DNA of 64,000 nt, taken from assembly GCA_902774175.1 (NCBI GenBank), contig CACYHG010000004.1, positions 6,673 to 70,672 on the forward strand. Reading direction: 5' to 3'. The position numbers and the translations under genes were made by a program. The notes beneath the pieces are model-generated. The model searched no databases. It worked only from the letters and a program-made list of their open reading frames with translations, and was not told the DNA's origin. This document shows, one piece after another, positions 62,401-64,000 of the stretch. This DNA is from an uncultured Bacteroidota bacterium (GTDB lineage: Bacteria > Bacteroidota > Bacteroidia > Bacteroidales > WCHB1-69). Every line of letters begins with the position of its first letter. Positions within the stretch are counted from its first letter, which is position 1.

Positions 62401-64000
62401 AAAATCCGTAGGTGTATGGATTGTCCACATACACGGAATTATTGATAATCTTTGCCTTGTTGTAGTAGCTGCGCAGACCATACACATAGCCGTTGCTGCC
62501 CTTGGCCCTGATTTCATTGTTCGAAATGATGGTCATGCCAGTGGCAGATTGTCCATAGGTATAATTGGAGTAGTTGATGCTTATCGGATTATGTGTATTG
62601 GCGATATAATCGCGATAGGAATCGATGAAGTTGCCGTTGACCAGGTCGATGTTGCAATAATAGGTGTAAATGCCGTTAAAATAGTTGTATCCGCCATTCT
62701 TCCGGGCAAGGATCCTGTTGTGCGAAATGCTGGTGAGATCGGTGTAATAGGCATAGATGAAATGGTAGTAGGCATTGGTGATGTCGTTGCTGTCAATCAC
62801 ACAGCCTTTGCCATGCTGGTTGGCCGCCGAGCCGCTGCCGTTGTACATATATATGCCATAATATCCGCCATTGACCGTGTTGCCGATAATGCGGATGTCG
62901 TTACGGATGCTTCCGTCACTGCTGCCCAAAATGCCGTACTGCTCCGTGGTGATGGCAGGATTGAGCATGATCCGGCAGTGACGCACCTCCACGTCAGACA
63001 TGGAGCCGGTCATGGCCAGACCGTTGCCGCCCTTCGTGGCATCCAAGGTCAGGTTGGTGATACGTACATTGCCGATACCCTTCAGCTCGACAGCGGAGCC
63101 GTCGGCCACGATGGTGACATCCTCCGCCTTGCCGGTGGAAGAGGTGATGGTAAGGGTATTCTTGCTGTTGAGCCCCTGGATGGTGCCGCCGAGAGAGACA
63201 TGCGGATAAGTACCCGGCAACAGCTTCAGGGTCACCGGCGCATCCATGCCGCAATGGTTCAGCTTGCTGATGGCATCATTCAGTGTGACAAAATCAGCGG
63301 AGGCACCGCCCACCGTCTTCACGCCGGACATAGGGGCGACACAGCCGTAAGCGGTCTGTGCGATGGTGTCGTCCGTGGGCTTGTTGTCGGAACGCATGCC
63401 GTTCTGCATCGTCACCCAGACCAGGATCTCGTTTTCGCCCTCCTTCGGGGTGAAGTTGCCGATGAGCACGGTGTCCATGGTATAGGGAGGCAGCATACCG
63501 GTCCATTTCATGTCGGTCTGCTTCACACCGTTCCAGGTCCATTGCAGGGTGCAGGAACGCAGCGTGTCCTTGGAGCCGCCGTTCATCAGGATCACCTTCG
63601 CCGGATATTTGGAGGTGGTCAGGCAGGAATAGGGCCAGTCCACAAAGCCGTTCAGTGTGGCGTTGAAAGGCACCGGCACGTCGGAATAGCAGCCCATGGT
63701 CGTGCTGACCGTACGGACACCGCCGTCAATGTCTTTGGAGACACCGCTGAACATCGGGCAATCCAGCCCGCTGTAGAAGAGGCATTTTGCGGAGACCGAA
63801 GGATCCACGAAATTGGGGTTGATGTTGGTGGCATGGATATCCTTCGTAGCCTGCTGCCAGGAGGAGAGATCGGTGTATTCGCCTTTGCAGTATCCGATGT
63901 ACTTGTTGCCGTAGCAGTTGTTGTAGTCGGCCGTCACGCTGGTGCCGACGTTGCTGGGATCCTCATAATAGATCGGGAAGCCCGCGTTGTAGCAGATGAA
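56456..64000 (-). CDS. Giant T9SS-secreted surface protein (over 2500 aa; N-terminus beyond the window) with repeated Ig-like + parallel beta-helix supermodules, a MAM/jelly-roll-like domain and a T9SS C-terminal sorting domain
   Basis: The frame stays open from 63937 (a GTG, not a real start) to nt 64000. The motif W-x-(W/F/L)-NGV-x-QT recurs near 63.53, 61.88 and 60.20 kb. N/G/Y/T-rich beta-helix turns follow each copy. The C-terminus is ...LSDLAAGVYYYSVEYRGERIVKKMNVVR. Confidence 0.85.
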   Translation of the reverse strand, partial: FICYNAGFPIYYEDPSNVGTSVTADYNNCYGNKYIGYCKGEYTDLSSWQQATKDIHATNINPNFVDPSVSAKCLFYSGLDCPMFSGVSKDIDGGVRTVSTTMGCYSDVPVPFNATLNGFVDWPYSCLTTSKYPAKVILMNGGSKDTLRSCTLQWTWNGVKQTDMKWTGMLPPYTMDTVLIGNFTPKEGENEILVWVTMQNGMRSDNKPTDDTIAQTAYGCVAPMSGVKTVGGASADFVTLNDAISKLNHCGMDAPVTLKLLPGTYPHVSLGGTIQGLNSKNTLTITSSTGKAEDVTIVADGSAVELKGIGNVRITNLTLDATKGGNGLAMTGSMSDVEVRHCRIMLNPAITTEQYGILGSSDGSIRNDIRIIGNTVNGGYYGIYMYNGSGSAANQHGKGCVIDSNDITNAYYHFIYAYYTDLTSISHNRILARKNGGYNYFNGIYTYYCNIDLVNGNFIDSYRDYIANTHNPISINYSNYTYGQSATGMTIISNNEIRAKGSNGYVYGLRSYYNKAKIINNSVYVDNPYTYGFCMYVYTVANYMQEVLNNNLIYIGAGGSAYPFYSNSAAAAQIKLSGNNYYRQGGTNLAYFGSAQANLAAVQKTDATATNVYPEFIDINRDMKIRKTQSTALDCPSYSEAQADFDGNVRAKTTIRGAYNAVELRYNAAFKGFASPAGATLNPGAKIPVTVNLLNKGDSTITAATIYWTFNGVSQTPYKWKGSLPGDKSEAVTLDTIVGQPKNNLIVVWVHLDDHADMLAADDTLSNNFFGCALPLSGSYTVGAGCDFTTLTDAIFALYKCGVGGPVEMRLAKGVYEDVEFEGTFPGGGSKNIVTFTSATGKRGDVMLKGKSTTTALMLVDAGYLCFNELCIGDTNTDVKTIIIKNTLTDITFRNCDLCAMPGSQNSQAYVVFSNNTATGKPFKQLRFKQCLIYGGYANIQLNDGGGSSATTFGSLEIDSCQLLNGYYYGFQCANGYYRMTVRDNYFHNAYNSGTYRALSFGNAVAYVGIDTMARNRIWSTASSSTYAVYFGQRVNSGVPYTQPACIFNNEIIIEGKGTSTSYGIYSSSLNMTDVRHNTIYMNTSGTRYGIFLANTNNTNWYFNSQENLIYMAGTNGVAECVHHQTNGSYLNAGTTMDNNVYFNDLKVIGHGAANIHAWSQLVSNDVHSKWEKPIFTDVAARNFHTTGSSVLVPSDPIVTEDKNRLFRSSITNAGCYHDYVPAKYDVQVYAVTHPVNGAVKGSKDSVLVTLRNMGAGSVSTITVQWMLNGVLQTPFKWQAGGKALAYGDVVTDVRIGGFTVPSGRYNIKAWTESPDGNTDADVTNDTAYISVISCDSALKGTYNVGGKGAHYADLNDAVNALYYCGVAGHVVFKVASGIYDAMEFSGNIPGAGANSTITFVSAANDANTVVVGEDATVALKLQNASFLHFEKMTFGTQRAASPENAVLFEGYIEDVLFHHCNLYVSTTTSNSTYRVVNYNNSSNNVNYMKDVRFIGNRIIGGYYGFYFQYPAGSQSNCLATAAKRSSLVMDSNVIADQYYYSIYCYYYAYIPSFSYNTLTNRDGVNTHYGAYFQQVILFDSIIGNRIRINANTTSRAFYMYNTINNPAIFDTVTQPALFANNDVIVTGSTVYGLYFGYNANVQIVNNSFYAKGNTNYVLYNTGQTNAKCSLYVKNNVIKTENGSTNNYMVYVGTAANVTNTANPTYLDSNNYYTTGTKNTNFYCSSAKTLASWQSSHKQDLNSVTEALVFPNFPNDLSIAQYSGALKINRHHRVTRDINGTPRTRLTVMGAYSTPLFEGSDLMPDAYVEPLTGGIQCVPNSTPVKLRIYNQGTVDVDFSTTPMKVWLKCESDSVNLQTSVDVKTGGIKVMGYDTVDLLSHLDITYPGMYRLTAWIEWASDQQKFNDTLRLNYYVDKTILPYENNFTGTFAGVSVNQTYGDIMWEVTNSNPVLNPVYGTGSLLFRSSTERGSISQAVFTSMTLQNTYRPQLYFWYAHDNKNPYLMDQMDVRISQDGGATFKTLQTLYRYDAKCTQPTWKRYQIDLSNYTTGNCIVLVFTAYSYGGGDQTIDQVKIVAMQDMQVRVDAPVESDFAACNLTGRSLKVYLENLTGQEVPFRAGDSVTVEMSGASNFVLKQALSGRLESRELDSLVLSPIDYVGGGQFDVKVYVNAIDSNASNDTAKFSLNLNPDLAVTRHDAIGYTEPGDTVYVGFTMKNIGNLDIVSPFDVLVVLNMEDTVRERISRVLKPGDTLYHRFSQGIIVPVTTFDQPFYLLDVYAQMPCDANGDNDSVRITGLVNVVDNGILSIITPAATPCAMGGSMAKVEVRLFNNGTVDNTDSLLLTAVIDSAGVAYATLTEKIAPMYGGENRNHTFSQSYRVPRLSVNGAQAPYKVTVYLGALTDDIDLSNDTAKVEACVEGGVGIEDATADRWTVGQNVPNPASELTRIPYVIPEAGVLTLRIMGMNGQVLYREDVNAEAGSGSIRVNLSDLAAGVYYYSVEYRGERIVKKMNVVR

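Overview
The window looks like a Bacteroidales chromosome segment. This is an inference from two T9SS C-terminal sorting domains, repeated TAnnTTTG -7 promoter boxes, an S46 peptidase, a GH89 enzyme and OMP_b-brl_3-type barrels. No rRNA, tRNA, CRISPR array, integrase or transposase was found. The core blocks are rplM-rpsI-rpsB-tsf; ruvX-def-TPR-ribF-like-acyltransferase followed by a 2558-aa cyclic beta-1,2-glucan synthase-like gene; tcdA, ogt and a GH89 alpha-N-acetylglucosaminidase; bcp; a CDF transporter; and a class A acid phosphatase. Both edges carry truncated ORFs that are missing from the ORF track: a membrane protein at 1-701 (-) and a giant T9SS beta-helix protein at 56456-64000 (-, more than 2500 aa). 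Three visibly AT-richer accessory stretches interrupt the core. (1) 4.47-15.5 kb is a type I R-M locus (hsdR, hsdS, hsdM) with a bona fide PrrC-type anticodon nuclease between hsdS and hsdM. It also holds an uncharacterised, translationally coupled two-gene cassette (176 aa plus a DUF1828/DUF1829-like 263 aa) between hsdR and hsdS, followed by a GIY-YIG/DUF4357 gene and a DUF5131 (Gp37/Gp68) gene. This two-gene cassette is my best candidate for an undescribed R-M-linked defence or guard module. (2) 19.9-24.6 kb holds a Fic protein, a YafQ/RHH toxin-antitoxin cassette flanked by a 62-bp direct repeat, and small membrane or secreted proteins. (3) 25.7-30.7 kb holds an orphan SF2 helicase with two predicted TM helices, an FGE/SUMF1-type lipoprotein and a truncated AAA ATPase. 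These are embedded in unusual repeat DNA: tandem 73-bp hairpin units, a 59-bp direct repeat with a 33-bp hyphenated palindrome, and three 16-bp iteron-like repeats. A 28-bp palindrome family occurs twice, once in frame inside ogt. All family names come from motif recognition by eye; no database search was run.
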